DNA from: a virus
DNA: 64,000 nucleotides
IMG/VR virus record: IMGVR_UViG_3300046168_000070
Coordinates: 1 to 64,000 of that record
Reading direction: 5' to 3' (one strand)
Shown here: in pieces, positions 38,902-48,223 of the stretch
Layout of the letters: each line of letters begins with the position of its first letter
Position numbering within the stretch: the stretch's first letter is position 1
Notes under the pieces: model-generated
What the model was told of the DNA's origin: nothing
Databases searched by the model: none
The model's input: the letters and a program-made list of their open reading frames with translations, nothing else
Position numbers and translations under genes: made by a program

Positions 38902-38909
38902 ATAAGTAT

Positions 38910-38915
38910 TTACAC
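38910..38915 (-). promoter_or_regulatory. GTGTAA element, 8 nt upstream of tail L ATG
   Basis: ttacac on + strand. Confidence 0.65.
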
Positions 38916-39661
38916 TATAGTTTAAAATTATAAGTTATTGAAATTCCTTGTTTTATATTATTTATTCTATGCCACCAAAACCTAGGTATATTTAAACTTT
39001 GGTTTTCATTTAATATTATTATATTTTGTTTTATATTATTTTTAATTAAAATTTTTGAAATCTCTGTCTTAGAATACATGGCTCCAGAATGATCTAAATC
39101 TAAATTTTCTATTAATTCATTGTATTGAGGGCTAATTAACAATACCTCTTTGCTGCCACTCACAACACTTAACAAAGAATGAGCTATTGGTTTTTTATAG
39201 AAGTTTTCTTTATGAATCTGCTTAAGGGTTCTGTCGATTTTATAGCTATAGGAATCGTAATGTAAAGGAGTGGTAGTACCTTTCCCTCCCCACCATAATG
39301 ATATATCTCCTACTTTACCAAAATTATACTTATTAATAATTTCTTTTTCTAATTTTAAAATTTTCTCAGGTTGTACAAATCCAAAAGGATTTTCTGAACG
39401 CAGGTAATATTTGTTATTTTTTTTGTTTATATATTCTTTAACATATTGTTCTATAGTTATCTCTATACGATTTATTTCTTGCAAATTTGATAACTGACCT
39501 CCCTCTACTATCTCTGGTACAATAACTTTAAGGTCTCCATAATCTTTTAATATTTTATCAACGTTGATAATTTCACTCAATCCAAAATCATGACTTAAAA
39601 CAAATGGTTGATTTTTTTTAAACAAATGTGTTATATTATCAGTATTTTTAACATTTAACAT
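38915..39661 (-). CDS. JmjC/cupin-8 2OG-Fe(II) oxygenase
   Basis: LWWGGKGTTTPLHYD, VSGSKEVLLI and IPRFWWH. Confidence 0.85.
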   Translation of the reverse strand: MLNVKNTDNITHLFKKNQPFVLSHDFGLSEIINVDKILKDYGDLKVIVPEIVEGGQLSNLQEINRIEITIEQYVKEYINKKNNKYYLRSENPFGFVQPEKILKLEKEIINKYNFGKVGDISLWWGGKGTTTPLHYDSYSYKIDRTLKQIHKENFYKKPIAHSLLSVVSGSKEVLLISPQYNELIENLDLDHSGAMYSKTEISKILIKNNIKQNIIILNENQSLNIPRFWWHRINNIKQGISITYNFKL

Positions 39662-39664
39662 ACT

Positions 39665-39976
39665 TTATGTTAATCTATTTAATATTTTCTTCAATACAAA
39701 AGATTGGTTATTGTAATTAATTAATTCTATCTTCAAGTTACTTTTTCGGCGCGGGCCTATATAAAAACCTTGAACTTCGTCTCTGCTTACTATAGCGTCA
39801 ACAAAATCATATGAATTATTTTGCTTCAGCCAAGACCAATACAAATCAATCTCCTCTTCTTGGCATTCTATTAATAAATTTTTATTTAAAAAACATTTTA
39901 CATATAAACTTAGGTCTCTAAAACAGTATACTTGACTAGGCGGAGCCGTCAAACTACCATCTACAATTAAATCCAT
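39665..39976 (-). CDS. Hypothetical protein
   Basis: ORF preceded by GTGTAA. Confidence 0.7.
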   Translation of the reverse strand: MDLIVDGSLTAPPSQVYCFRDLSLYVKCFLNKNLLIECQEEEIDLYWSWLKQNNSYDFVDAIVSRDEVQGFYIGPRRKSNLKIELINYNNQSFVLKKILNRLT

Positions 39977-39984
39977 ATTTTTTT

Positions 39985-39990
39985 TTACAC
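39985..39990 (-). promoter_or_regulatory. GTGTAA element, 8 nt upstream of ATG 39976
   Basis: ttacac on + strand. Confidence 0.65.
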
Positions 39991-40056
39991 TTAAACAACT
40001 TAAAAATTTTTTCGAACAAATTTAAAATCATAGTGGACGATATACAAAAATAATAC

Positions 40057-40085
40057 TTGACAAATTACTTAATATGCATTATGAT
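40057..40085 (+). promoter_or_regulatory. Sigma70-like promoter, leaderless transcript
   Basis: TTGACA-17 bp-TATGAT, ATG 7 nt downstream. Confidence 0.75.
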
Positions 40086-40092
40086 CATAAAC

Positions 40093-40398
40093 ATGAATAC
40101 TGAAAATAAATCAAAAACTTCTACTGAGTGGTCTTCCAGAGAAATGGGGGCACTTTGGCGCAAAAGCGGTAATACCGACTATTTAACAGGGCACTTCAAG
40201 ACTACAGAGCTTGGTCAAGAAGTCGTCCATAAAGTTGTTATTTTTGCTAACAAAAATAAAAAAGATAATGAAAGGGCTCCAGACTTAATCATCTATAAGT
40301 CTAAACCTAACAATGTTACAGAAAGTCAACAAGTTGAACCTCAAGCAGTAGCAGCTTCTGTAGGCTCTGAAGATGAAGTCCCTGATAACTTGTTTTAA
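40093..40398 (+). CDS. DUF736-like putative ssDNA-binding protein
   Basis: EMGALWRK...YLTG...VVIFAN...PDLIIY; acidic tail EDEVPDNLF. Confidence 0.55.
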   Translation: MNTENKSKTSTEWSSREMGALWRKSGNTDYLTGHFKTTELGQEVVHKVVIFANKNKKDNERAPDLIIYKSKPNNVTESQQVEPQAVAASVGSEDEVPDNLF

Positions 40399-40399
40399 A

Positions 40400-40405
40400 G
40401 TGTAA
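40400..40405 (+). promoter_or_regulatory. GTGTAA element, 11 nt upstream of ATG 40417
   Basis: Recurring motif. Confidence 0.6.
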
Positions 40406-40416
40406 ATACTTTTATT

Positions 40417-41520
40417 ATGAATACTTATGGTTTACTAAGCTCGAGCTCTACTTTATCTCAATCGTCTAGCGAAAACTCTTTTAGAAGTTTATCTAAGAAA
40501 GCTTTTAATGCAAAACCTTTGAATGAAGCTATCTCGGAGCTTAGCCAAATCATAATGCATAATGCAATATGTGCTCAAAACCATATTAAATTTTGTGCCC
40601 AAAATAACATTAAACTATATTCTATCTTCAACGACTTAATTCCTTTATTGCATGATGATTCGATCCCTTGCTCCATTAAAGATCTCGCTGATTATGAATC
40701 AATAATAAAAGAACTTAAAAAAATAGGAATTATAGCTAGAAAATTTAATGTTAAAATTTGTGTCGAGTTAAGAAAGCAAGTTCTATTATCAGGCACAGAA
40801 ACAACTATTAAAAAATCTTTAAATTTAATTAATTTATGGTCTACAATTTTTGATTTATTTGAGCTAGATCAAGGATTGGAATCACCGATTATTATACAGG
40901 TGAATAATTCTGTTAATGAGTCGGAAGAGCTAAAATTAAAAAACGTAATTGATAAATTTTATAATTCTTTTGAAAACCTACCAGAATCTTCTCAATCAAG
41001 AGTTTCAGTTACAAACGAAAAAGAAGGTTGCTGGAATTGTCAAAATTTATTTAAATGGCTTCATCTTTATTGTGGTGGAGAATATGGTAAGTTTTTTCCT
41101 TTAGTTTATAACAACTTAAATCACAAATTAAACCCTTCTGTTATTGGAGGGAAAGAAGTTTCTGATAAGCAGAATGTCGAAGCTTTTAAACACACTTGGC
41201 CAGAAAATAATACACCTTGCTTCTTTTGGGATGAAGAACCTTTAGATGATGCTTTTTCGAAAGAAATACCGTCTTTTGGAAAGGACATAGGGTGGATATG
41301 TTGCGGTATTAATAGCGATCAGAATATTTTTCAAATGAAAGGTGTCGTCATAAAAGATGAAAACCTTAATCTTAGCAGTTTTGATGACTTGCTCTCAGTT
41401 AAAGTTGAGATTGACGATAGCGAGATTAACGAAACAGAAATTGATATTGCTCATAAAAAGATTAAAGAAGCTCTTGAAACTAAAGGTGGTAGCGGCTTCA
41501 ACTCGATATACGGGTTCTAG
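40417..41520 (+). CDS. UV-damage endonuclease (UvsE/UVDE)-like protein, degenerate
   Basis: N-terminal YGL...FRSL...HN...IKLY...LIPL pattern of UvsE; metal ligands not recognisable. Confidence 0.6.
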   Translation: MNTYGLLSSSSTLSQSSSENSFRSLSKKAFNAKPLNEAISELSQIIMHNAICAQNHIKFCAQNNIKLYSIFNDLIPLLHDDSIPCSIKDLADYESIIKELKKIGIIARKFNVKICVELRKQVLLSGTETTIKKSLNLINLWSTIFDLFELDQGLESPIIIQVNNSVNESEELKLKNVIDKFYNSFENLPESSQSRVSVTNEKEGCWNCQNLFKWLHLYCGGEYGKFFPLVYNNLNHKLNPSVIGGKEVSDKQNVEAFKHTWPENNTPCFFWDEEPLDDAFSKEIPSFGKDIGWICCGINSDQNIFQMKGVVIKDENLNLSSFDDLLSVKVEIDDSEINETEIDIAHKKIKEALETKGGSGFNSIYGF

Positions 41521-41528
41521 ATAAGTTT

Positions 41529-42566
41529 TTGAATATGGCAAAACCTTTAATAGATTTTGATTTAATCAGATTAAAAATTTCCCTCAGAGATGAAAATTTG
41601 TCTCATGATTATCAAAAATTAGATCATCAAAAAATAGCTTCACTTATTACGCCTTATTGTATTCAGTTTAAAAATGACGACATTAAAAGAAGATATATAG
41701 AATTATTTAATCATCTTTGTGGGACTTTAGAATATTTATTTAAAGTTAAAGTTATTACGCCCCACAAGTTTTTGAAAATAACTGAAAAATATGTAGTTGA
41801 AGATTACAGACTTATTATAAATACTCCTGATCATTATGAAATTAGACATCTAAATCTGAACCCAAGAAATTATTTATTTTACCAAACTGGAAACAGACAA
41901 GAATTAATTAGTTGCCCCCAATCTGATAGTTTTATGCATGAAGAGTATCTAACAGACTTCCGACAATTATTTAATCAGCCTGACCAGATTACCTACTTTA
42001 CTTACTTACCTCAAAAAATTTCTTTGAATGAAATTTGCATAACAAAGAATTATGCAATTATATCCACGGCACTTGAGAAGCAATATAAAAACATAAAAAA
42101 AGAATTATCAGATTTTTTAAGATTAAAAATCATAACTTTTCGATCTCCCGATAATTCGACAGATATCACAAAGTATTTTAGGTCAATTGATTCCGCGCCA
42201 TCTCTAAATATTTCAGAATCTTTCAGCGTTAATAACAACAGTAAATTAATTTACGCAGAAACAGGAATACAAGACACAGATTCTAAAATTAAATTAGTTA
42301 TTGATGAAGTCAATAAAATAGATAATACAACTACAATAAAATTTAAAAACCCTCCAAATAATAAATTAATTAATTATTTAGACTTTTCTATGCTCGATGG
42401 AAGTTTTTTATTTCCGTTGTATGATGAGATTGCATATGAAAATAAATATTATCTTGCCGAACATTTCCCACAAAACTTTTTTCTCAGCGCAATGCATCCA
42501 GACCTTGACTTAGTGAACAAAAATGGTGTTAATTTTGCAAACATGATTTCTATATCAATGATATAA
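41529..42566 (+). CDS. Hypothetical protein (weak ATP-grasp-like resemblance)
   Basis: Long ORF; no clear motif. Confidence 0.6.
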   Translation: MNMAKPLIDFDLIRLKISLRDENLSHDYQKLDHQKIASLITPYCIQFKNDDIKRRYIELFNHLCGTLEYLFKVKVITPHKFLKITEKYVVEDYRLIINTPDHYEIRHLNLNPRNYLFYQTGNRQELISCPQSDSFMHEEYLTDFRQLFNQPDQITYFTYLPQKISLNEICITKNYAIISTALEKQYKNIKKELSDFLRLKIITFRSPDNSTDITKYFRSIDSAPSLNISESFSVNNNSKLIYAETGIQDTDSKIKLVIDEVNKIDNTTTIKFKNPPNNKLINYLDFSMLDGSFLFPLYDEIAYENKYYLAEHFPQNFFLSAMHPDLDLVNKNGVNFANMISISMI

Positions 42567-42579
42567 AATTATTTTTTTA

Positions 42580-42608
42580 TTGACATTTTAATACTTTTAA
42601 AATATAAT
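42580..42608 (+). promoter_or_regulatory. Sigma70-like promoter
   Basis: TTGACA-17 bp-TATAAT (perfect consensus). Confidence 0.85.
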
Positions 42609-42616
42609 CTATATAT

Positions 42617-42820
42617 ATGAAAATTGAAAACAACTCAAACTCTACTAAAAGAGGAAGAAAAAAAGGCTCTACATCTTTCACTCATTTAACTTATAAAGAC
42701 TTAGGTAAATTTGTTGGCGCCGAAACTTTGGTTCCTGTTCATAAGTCGTGGCTAGAACAATTAGGTTTTGATATCTATACTAAAGAACAAATCGAAAAGT
42801 ACACTCAAAAAAAGCTTTAA
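42617..42820 (+). CDS. Small basic protein with AT-hook-like KRGRKKGS
   Basis: ORF directly after a promoter. Confidence 0.7.
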   Translation: MKIENNSNSTKRGRKKGSTSFTHLTYKDLGKFVGAETLVPVHKSWLEQLGFDIYTKEQIEKYTQKKL

Positions 42821-42825
42821 TAATT

Positions 42826-42831
42826 GTGTAA
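42826..42831 (+). promoter_or_regulatory. GTGTAA element, 12 nt upstream of ATG 42844
   Basis: Recurring motif. Confidence 0.6.
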
Positions 42832-42843
42832 CAAATACTTACA

Positions 42844-43263
42844 ATGTCTAAAATTTTACTTGCAACAATCTTTTTTTATTCAATTGGCTGCTCCAGTTCA
42901 ATCACAAAAATCCATAAAGGGCAAAATAATGAACTCGTCAGAGAATTCGACCCGCCGATCATCAGAGAAATTGGAGAAGCTGGAGACGCTCTTAAAGAGT
43001 CGGTCCCTGTGCGAGTAAAGCTTTATCACATGCCTTTAGTCAGTGGTAGCAGACTTAAAATGATCAACAAGTGGGATCAGCCCCCACACATATATGAATA
43101 TGATTATGCCGAAGAACAGTATGTCGAAAATTATGTAACTTTCGATGTCGAAAATATTGAAAAATCTCAATCAATGAATATAATTGATTATATTAACTCA
43201 AACATAAAAGATCCTTCAGGCTTTCAACAAAATCATAAAAAACGATTTTTACTAGGCCTTTGA
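42844..43263 (+). CDS. Putative lipoprotein
   Basis: MSKILLATIFFYSIG-C lipobox-like signal. Confidence 0.65.
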   Translation: MSKILLATIFFYSIGCSSSITKIHKGQNNELVREFDPPIIREIGEAGDALKESVPVRVKLYHMPLVSGSRLKMINKWDQPPHIYEYDYAEEQYVENYVTFDVENIEKSQSMNIIDYINSNIKDPSGFQQNHKKRFLLGL

Positions 43264-43264
43264 T

Positions 43265-43747
43265 ATGGATAAAAACCCAACCCCATTCTCCGTGTTTCAA
43301 GATTTAGCAGAAAAAAAAGGATATAGACCTAAAAGAGCCACCACTTCTTTAAAAAAAGAAAATGTGCAATTTCTATTTCAAACGCCGACCCATAAAGATA
43401 TTGAGGTAGATTTAAAAACTAAAAAACGTTTTAAAAATAAATCTTTTGATAAATGGATTTGGATTGAATTTGCAGACAAGCATGGCAGAAAAGGATGGGT
43501 TTATGGTAGGGCGAAATTTATCGCTTTCGAAACAGCAGACTCTTTTATTCTAGTAAATAGATCTGAGCTTGCCGAATTTTTACAGAGAACAAATGTAGCT
43601 CGCTTTGATCTCCCTTTCGTAGATCAACCTTGGAAGGCTAAATATAGAGTCTTCAGAAGACCTCAGACAAAAGAAACTTTGACTCAAATCAAAACGCATG
43701 ATTTATTAAAATTAAAATCTGTACAAGTTTGGAAAAAATATGAGTAA
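43265..43747 (+). CDS. Phage PD-(D/E)xK-like putative nuclease
   Basis: EVDLK...WIWIEF...GWVYG-x-A-x-FIAFE. Confidence 0.55.
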   Translation: MDKNPTPFSVFQDLAEKKGYRPKRATTSLKKENVQFLFQTPTHKDIEVDLKTKKRFKNKSFDKWIWIEFADKHGRKGWVYGRAKFIAFETADSFILVNRSELAEFLQRTNVARFDLPFVDQPWKAKYRVFRRPQTKETLTQIKTHDLLKLKSVQVWKKYE

Positions 43748-43913
43748 TTTATTAGAAGTCGCGCTTTTTAATGTGTGGCATTTTTTTGGAACTATTGTAT
43801 TAATTATTACTATTGGATTAGCAATATCATTACCAGTGAGTGTTTACTTTAGGAATAAACAGCTACAATCATCAAACTTATTAAAAATAATCAAATCAAA
43901 ACTATATGAATAA
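43740..43913 (+). CDS. 57-aa membrane protein (not in ORF track)
   Basis: MSNLLEVALFNVWHFFGTIVLIITIGLAISLPVSVYF...; overlaps both neighbours. Confidence 0.65.
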   Translation: MSNLLEVALFNVWHFFGTIVLIITIGLAISLPVSVYFRNKQLQSSNLLKIIKSKLYE

Positions 43914-44094
43914 TCAAGATAAATTCTATGTTGTAACACGAAATGGTCGTAGAGTAGAAGAGAAAGACTATTGGACTAAAGACAGAGCGCTTAAGAGAGC
44001 AGATTCTCTTATAACTACTTTAAAAAAATGGAAAGATAAAGACAGGAATAAAGTAGAAGTAGTAGAAACTGAAAAGCCTCATTTAATTAAGTGA
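43906..44094 (+). CDS. Hypothetical protein
   Basis: Coupled ORF. Confidence 0.7.
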   Translation: MNNQDKFYVVTRNGRRVEEKDYWTKDRALKRADSLITTLKKWKDKDRNKVEVVETEKPHLIK

Positions 44095-44633
44095 TTGGCG
44101 AATTTGATCCGTCAAATTCTCAAAAAACATATCAGCATAAAGGATTTAAAATCTCCCCATCAACATTGTGGGTAGATAATTTCTTAAAAGATTTAAGAGA
44201 CCTAGACAAAGAATCCAGAAAGCTTATGTTTTGGGATCAGACTGATGGAGAATTATTTTTTAAATTAAAATCTTTCACAACAAAAGGTTTCAGCTTCAGC
44301 AAAAACAATAATAAAATGTATTGGTTATTCAATAAACCTCAAGACTTCAACAATGCGTGGACATTAGATGTATTTAATCCCCCAAACTCAGGCATTAACG
44401 GAATAGAATTTATTAGAGCTGTGCCTACATATTTTTATTTAGTGGATAAATTCAGAGAAATTTTTCAATGCAAAAAATTAAGAGCTTTTGTCGTTAATGA
44501 TAATGTTCAATCATTAAGAATGTGTCATACTCTAGTTAAAAAAGGTTATTTAGAGGTAGAGTGTGAGCTCAAAAATGAGGTTAATATTCTAGGAAAAGAC
44601 AGAGATTTAACTCTCTTTCTAAGATCAAACTAA
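44091..44633 (+). CDS. GNAT (RimJ/RimL-like) fold protein
   Basis: KKLRAFVVNDNVQSLRM...GYLEVE. Confidence 0.5.
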   Translation: MIGEFDPSNSQKTYQHKGFKISPSTLWVDNFLKDLRDLDKESRKLMFWDQTDGELFFKLKSFTTKGFSFSKNNNKMYWLFNKPQDFNNAWTLDVFNPPNSGINGIEFIRAVPTYFYLVDKFREIFQCKKLRAFVVNDNVQSLRMCHTLVKKGYLEVECELKNEVNILGKDRDLTLFLRSN

Positions 44634-44640
44634 AAAAAAT

Positions 44641-45186
44641 ATGGAAATTATCGCTTTTATATCTATAATTATACTAATAGCAAGTTTATACTTTCAATCT
44701 CAATATAAAAACAACGTCAGTTTATTATCATCTGAAAATAAATTATTAAAAACTAGAGAGGATCAATTAAATACAACAATATCTGAACTTAACGCATCAT
44801 TAAAACGTGAACAAGAAATTATTCAAGAACGAAAAATTGAATTAGATAAAAAAGAGAAAGGTATAGTTTTAACTTTAAATGATTTAGAAATACAATTAGC
44901 TAAAGAAAAAGAAGCAAAAAAGAAAGTCACATCACAAAAAAAGAGTAGCGAAGTAAGGCTTGGCCATATCGCAGAAACTCTAGCTCCTTTCCTCGATCAA
45001 TTTGAATTCGATCCAGAAGCTTGTACATTTTTAGGAAAACCCATAGATTATATATCATTCGGCGAAGAAGAAATTACCTTTATAGAAGTAAAAAGCGGAA
45101 ACAGTCAATTAAACAATAATCAAAGAAGAGTAAGGGATTTAATCAAAGACAAAAAAGTAGGCTGGAAAGAAATTAGAATAAAATAA
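44641..45186 (+). CDS. Membrane-anchored Holliday junction resolvase-like endonuclease (Endonuc_Holl-type)
   Basis: N-terminal TM, coiled coil, GHIAETLAPF...FLGKPIDYI-x-F...FIEVKSG-x-SQL. Confidence 0.8.
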   Translation: MEIIAFISIIILIASLYFQSQYKNNVSLLSSENKLLKTREDQLNTTISELNASLKREQEIIQERKIELDKKEKGIVLTLNDLEIQLAKEKEAKKKVTSQKKSSEVRLGHIAETLAPFLDQFEFDPEACTFLGKPIDYISFGEEEITFIEVKSGNSQLNNNQRRVRDLIKDKKVGWKEIRIK

Positions 45187-45205
45187 ATTTAATTATAAAA
45201 AATAT

Positions 45206-45859
45206 ATGAAAACAAAAATCGTATCATTATTACTAGCCTTAGGGCTTACAACTAACGCCGCCTTTTCTGGCAACTCTGCGAAAGTAGGTTACGCATCTGA
45301 CTTCTTTTACAGAGGAGCTCAAAAGGCAGAACAATCAGTTCAATCTTCCGTAAAACTTGGTTCAGCGCTTGGAGGTGTGGATTTAAGCGCTCATGCTTGC
45401 ACGAACCAATCTGTTGATACAGGAGTAGATAGTTATAATCTTGGAGCAGGAGTAGGCAAATCTTTCTCGGACGGCTTGCTATCTGTTTATGCTGGAGTAA
45501 ATCATTTCGAAGATCGCCCTGGAGATGCTCTCTCTGAATTTCAGGTTAGAGTCTCTTCAAATGTAGCGCTAAATCCATCTGTTTCAGTCTATAGAGACTT
45601 TGATGAGTCTTTGTATACTGTAGAGCTAGGAGTAGGTCATTCTTTCGATCTGTCGATTGCCTCTCTCGACTTGTCAGCCGCAGTTGGTAATACAGATTTA
45701 ACAAACAGTACAGATCGAACATATTATGCCGCTGGAGCTGACATCTCCAAAAGTATTTCGGAAAATGCAGAATTCTCTGTCGGAGTAGATTATGTAGATG
45801 CAGATGACTTGGATGAGCGCGAATTTGTGTTCGGAACTGCTTTAACTGTTAAATTTTAA
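45206..45859 (+). CDS. Outer-membrane beta-barrel protein (TorF/TIGR02001-like putative porin)
   Basis: Signal peptide, YASDFFYRG...QSSV, alternating beta-strands, C-terminal TVKF. Confidence 0.75.
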   Translation: MKTKIVSLLLALGLTTNAAFSGNSAKVGYASDFFYRGAQKAEQSVQSSVKLGSALGGVDLSAHACTNQSVDTGVDSYNLGAGVGKSFSDGLLSVYAGVNHFEDRPGDALSEFQVRVSSNVALNPSVSVYRDFDESLYTVELGVGHSFDLSIASLDLSAAVGNTDLTNSTDRTYYAAGADISKSISENAEFSVGVDYVDADDLDEREFVFGTALTVKF

Positions 45860-45864
45860 TTATT

Positions 45865-46107
45865 ATGAAAAATACGTTAGAAATAATCAAAACTTATGCT
45901 GGTGGAGTCACTAGCTTGTTATTAACGCTAATTGGGCTTCTTGTTGTCGCTCAAGTTGTATTCGGTACTGGAGCTCCAATTGATGTAATTGGAAACCTTC
46001 AAGAAGTAGTTACTGGATTTGTAGGACAAGGCGCAAGTCTTGCAGGAGTTATTACACTTTTGCTAATTGTTGCCTTATTCCAGAAATCTACAAGTCCTGA
46101 TAAGTAA
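45865..46107 (+). CDS. Small two-TM membrane protein
   Basis: Hydrophobic, VVAQVVFG...DVIGNL motif. Confidence 0.75.
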   Translation: MKNTLEIIKTYAGGVTSLLLTLIGLLVVAQVVFGTGAPIDVIGNLQEVVTGFVGQGASLAGVITLLLIVALFQKSTSPDK

Positions 46108-46134
46108 CAACTAACTCTTTATTGAGTTTAATTT

Positions 46135-46157
46135 AGGGGCGCTTTGCGCCCCTTTTT
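46135..46157 (+). terminator. Rho-independent terminator
   Basis: AGGGGCGC-TTT-GCGCCCCT followed by T run. Confidence 0.85.
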
Positions 46158-46193
46158 CATGGATTTTTATCTAAGTTAATATATAATAATATA

Positions 46194-46949
46194 ATGTCAG
46201 ATTCAATAGCTATTCTAACTTCTTATTTTTCTAAAAAGAAACACCCAAATAGCCCAACTGATGCTTATGTCGTAGGAAGGGCTGCGGATGGTAAAGTGCA
46301 GAACAATGAAATTGAATACATTAAACCTTGGTATGAATCAGTTGATAAATTAAAATTAAAAGGTTTTATATTTCACGATAATCTTTCTGACGCTTTTGTT
46401 GAGCAATATACAACAGAAGATATAAAATTTATAAAAGTAGGAGACTTCGAATACTCAAATAATGATTATCGGTTTTTTTGTTTCAATGATTTTTTAAAAG
46501 AGAATAAATTTAATTACGTTTTTCATGCTGATGCTTCAGATGTAAAGGTTGTAAAGAACCCAGTGAACTTAATCAAGGATCATCCCGACATATCTTACTT
46601 CGCATGTAAAGACAGCATTAAGCTTAAGCATTTTGGCGATTATTTAAATGTTCATGACAAATTTAATTTCGAGGATAAAATGATGTTTATGCTAAACATT
46701 GATTCGTGGGATTTAATTAATATGGGAGTAGTTGGCGGAACTCATGAAGACATGTCTAACTTTTATTCTAAATTTGTAGAGGTTAGGGAATCTATGGGTG
46801 TTCCAGAATTTAATTCAGATATGTGGCTTTGCCAGTATTTACTTAGATCACAATTTAAAGATAAAAATTTTATTATGGGCGAACCTGTTTGTAGTGAATT
46901 TAAACAATACCAAAATGAAAGAGAAGATGTCTACTTTATCCACAAGTAA
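46194..46949 (+). CDS. Putative GT-A-fold glycosyltransferase
   Basis: DYRFFCF...YVFHADASDV...NMGVVGG; first gene of the glycan cluster. Confidence 0.55.
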   Translation: MSDSIAILTSYFSKKKHPNSPTDAYVVGRAADGKVQNNEIEYIKPWYESVDKLKLKGFIFHDNLSDAFVEQYTTEDIKFIKVGDFEYSNNDYRFFCFNDFLKENKFNYVFHADASDVKVVKNPVNLIKDHPDISYFACKDSIKLKHFGDYLNVHDKFNFEDKMMFMLNIDSWDLINMGVVGGTHEDMSNFYSKFVEVRESMGVPEFNSDMWLCQYLLRSQFKDKNFIMGEPVCSEFKQYQNEREDVYFIHK

Positions 46950-47583
46950 AATATTAGTGTGCATTTATACTTGCGCACAAGACGCTGAATCTGTCGCAGA
47001 ATTAAAGGACACGGATTGGTTTAAAGATGTGTCTTCTAGAGATAATTTTGAAATTATTGAAGTTCTGGCAGATCCCTCAATCAAAGAAGAGTATTCTTTT
47101 AAAAATAATATTTTAACTTTAAAAACTGAAGAATCTTACGATAATCTATGTATGAAAACATATAACATGATAGATGCATGCAGCAAACTCTTTGATTTTG
47201 ATCATTTACTTAAAATAGATAGTAATATAATTAAAAATCGCCATAATAAAACTAGCATGTTGTTTTCTTTTGAGTATTTTTTGAAAAAATTTTATAACGA
47301 AGGAGTTTTTGGTGAATATAATGGGTTGACTCCAATTCAAGGAAATACTGTCGAACAATTTAGAAATTGGGCTTCATCAAAAAAACTCTTTGTTATGCCA
47401 GAAGTTTTAATCTCTGAAATAGGAGAAAGCAAATGGGCTACGAACTATTGGGCTGGTGGTTGTTATTGTTTAGGGCAAAAATCTATACAAAAAGTTATTG
47501 CTCAAAAAAAATTATTTCAAAAATTTAAAAACTTAATGGGGGGCTGCGAGGACATGGCTGTCGCCTCAGCTTTAATAGGATAA
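46927..47583 (+). CDS. GT31/Fringe-like glycosyltransferase
   Basis: ESYDNLCMKT, LLKIDS, AGGCYCL and EDMAV. Confidence 0.7.
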   Translation: MSTLSTSKILVCIYTCAQDAESVAELKDTDWFKDVSSRDNFEIIEVLADPSIKEEYSFKNNILTLKTEESYDNLCMKTYNMIDACSKLFDFDHLLKIDSNIIKNRHNKTSMLFSFEYFLKKFYNEGVFGEYNGLTPIQGNTVEQFRNWASSKKLFVMPEVLISEIGESKWATNYWAGGCYCLGQKSIQKVIAQKKLFQKFKNLMGGCEDMAVASALIG

Positions 47584-47584
47584 C

Positions 47585-48223
47585 ATGAAACTTATAAACC
47601 ATTGTTATTATATAAATCTTGATCACAGAACTGATAGGAATCAAGTGATGAAAGATAAGGTAATGCCTTTTTTCGGTTTCTCTAAGGAAGAGTATACTAG
47701 ATTTTCTGGAGTAAATACTTCGCACGAAAAAACTCTCTCTTCGAGGAGTGTTGGTTGCGCAAAGTCTCATCTAGGAGTGCTCGAAGAGGCTATAGCAAAA
47801 AACTATAATTATGTATTAATTTTAGAAGACGACTTTTATCCTTTGGTAGATTCTTTTGAATTTAATTCCAGGTGGAATTATTTCACTGAAAACTTTGCAG
47901 ATTTTAACTTATGTCAAATAAGCTATAATAATATAAAACCAGCCATCCAACTCGATGACTCAGGTTTAGTTTACTTTTGCGACAATTCTCAGACTGCATC
48001 CGCTTATATTATAAAAATTAATTTTGCAAAAAAAATTATAACTCACATCAAAGAGTCTATCGAGCAACTCTCCAAAGAAGGTTGTCATTCCTTATTTGCA
48101 TACGATCAAGCCTGGAAGAAATTTCAAACACAAGATAATAAATGGTTTCAATTAAAAAGATGCGGCTATCAGCGCGCAGATTATAGTGACTTAGAAAAAA
48201 GGTTCGTAAATTACCAATGTTAA
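47585..48223 (+). CDS. GT25 family glycosyltransferase
   Basis: YYINLDHRTDR, GCAKSH and LILEDD. Confidence 0.88.
   Translation: MKLINHCYYINLDHRTDRNQVMKDKVMPFFGFSKEEYTRFSGVNTSHEKTLSSRSVGCAKSHLGVLEEAIAKNYNYVLILEDDFYPLVDSFEFNSRWNYFTENFADFNLCQISYNNIKPAIQLDDSGLVYFCDNSQTASAYIIKINFAKKIITHIKESIEQLSKEGCHSLFAYDQAWKKFQTQDNKWFQLKRCGYQRADYSDLEKRFVNYQC

Noticed and set aside
41529-42566. Glutathionylspermidine synthase / ATP-grasp ligase call
   Set aside because: The resemblance is vague and no diagnostic residues could be placed; left as hypothetical
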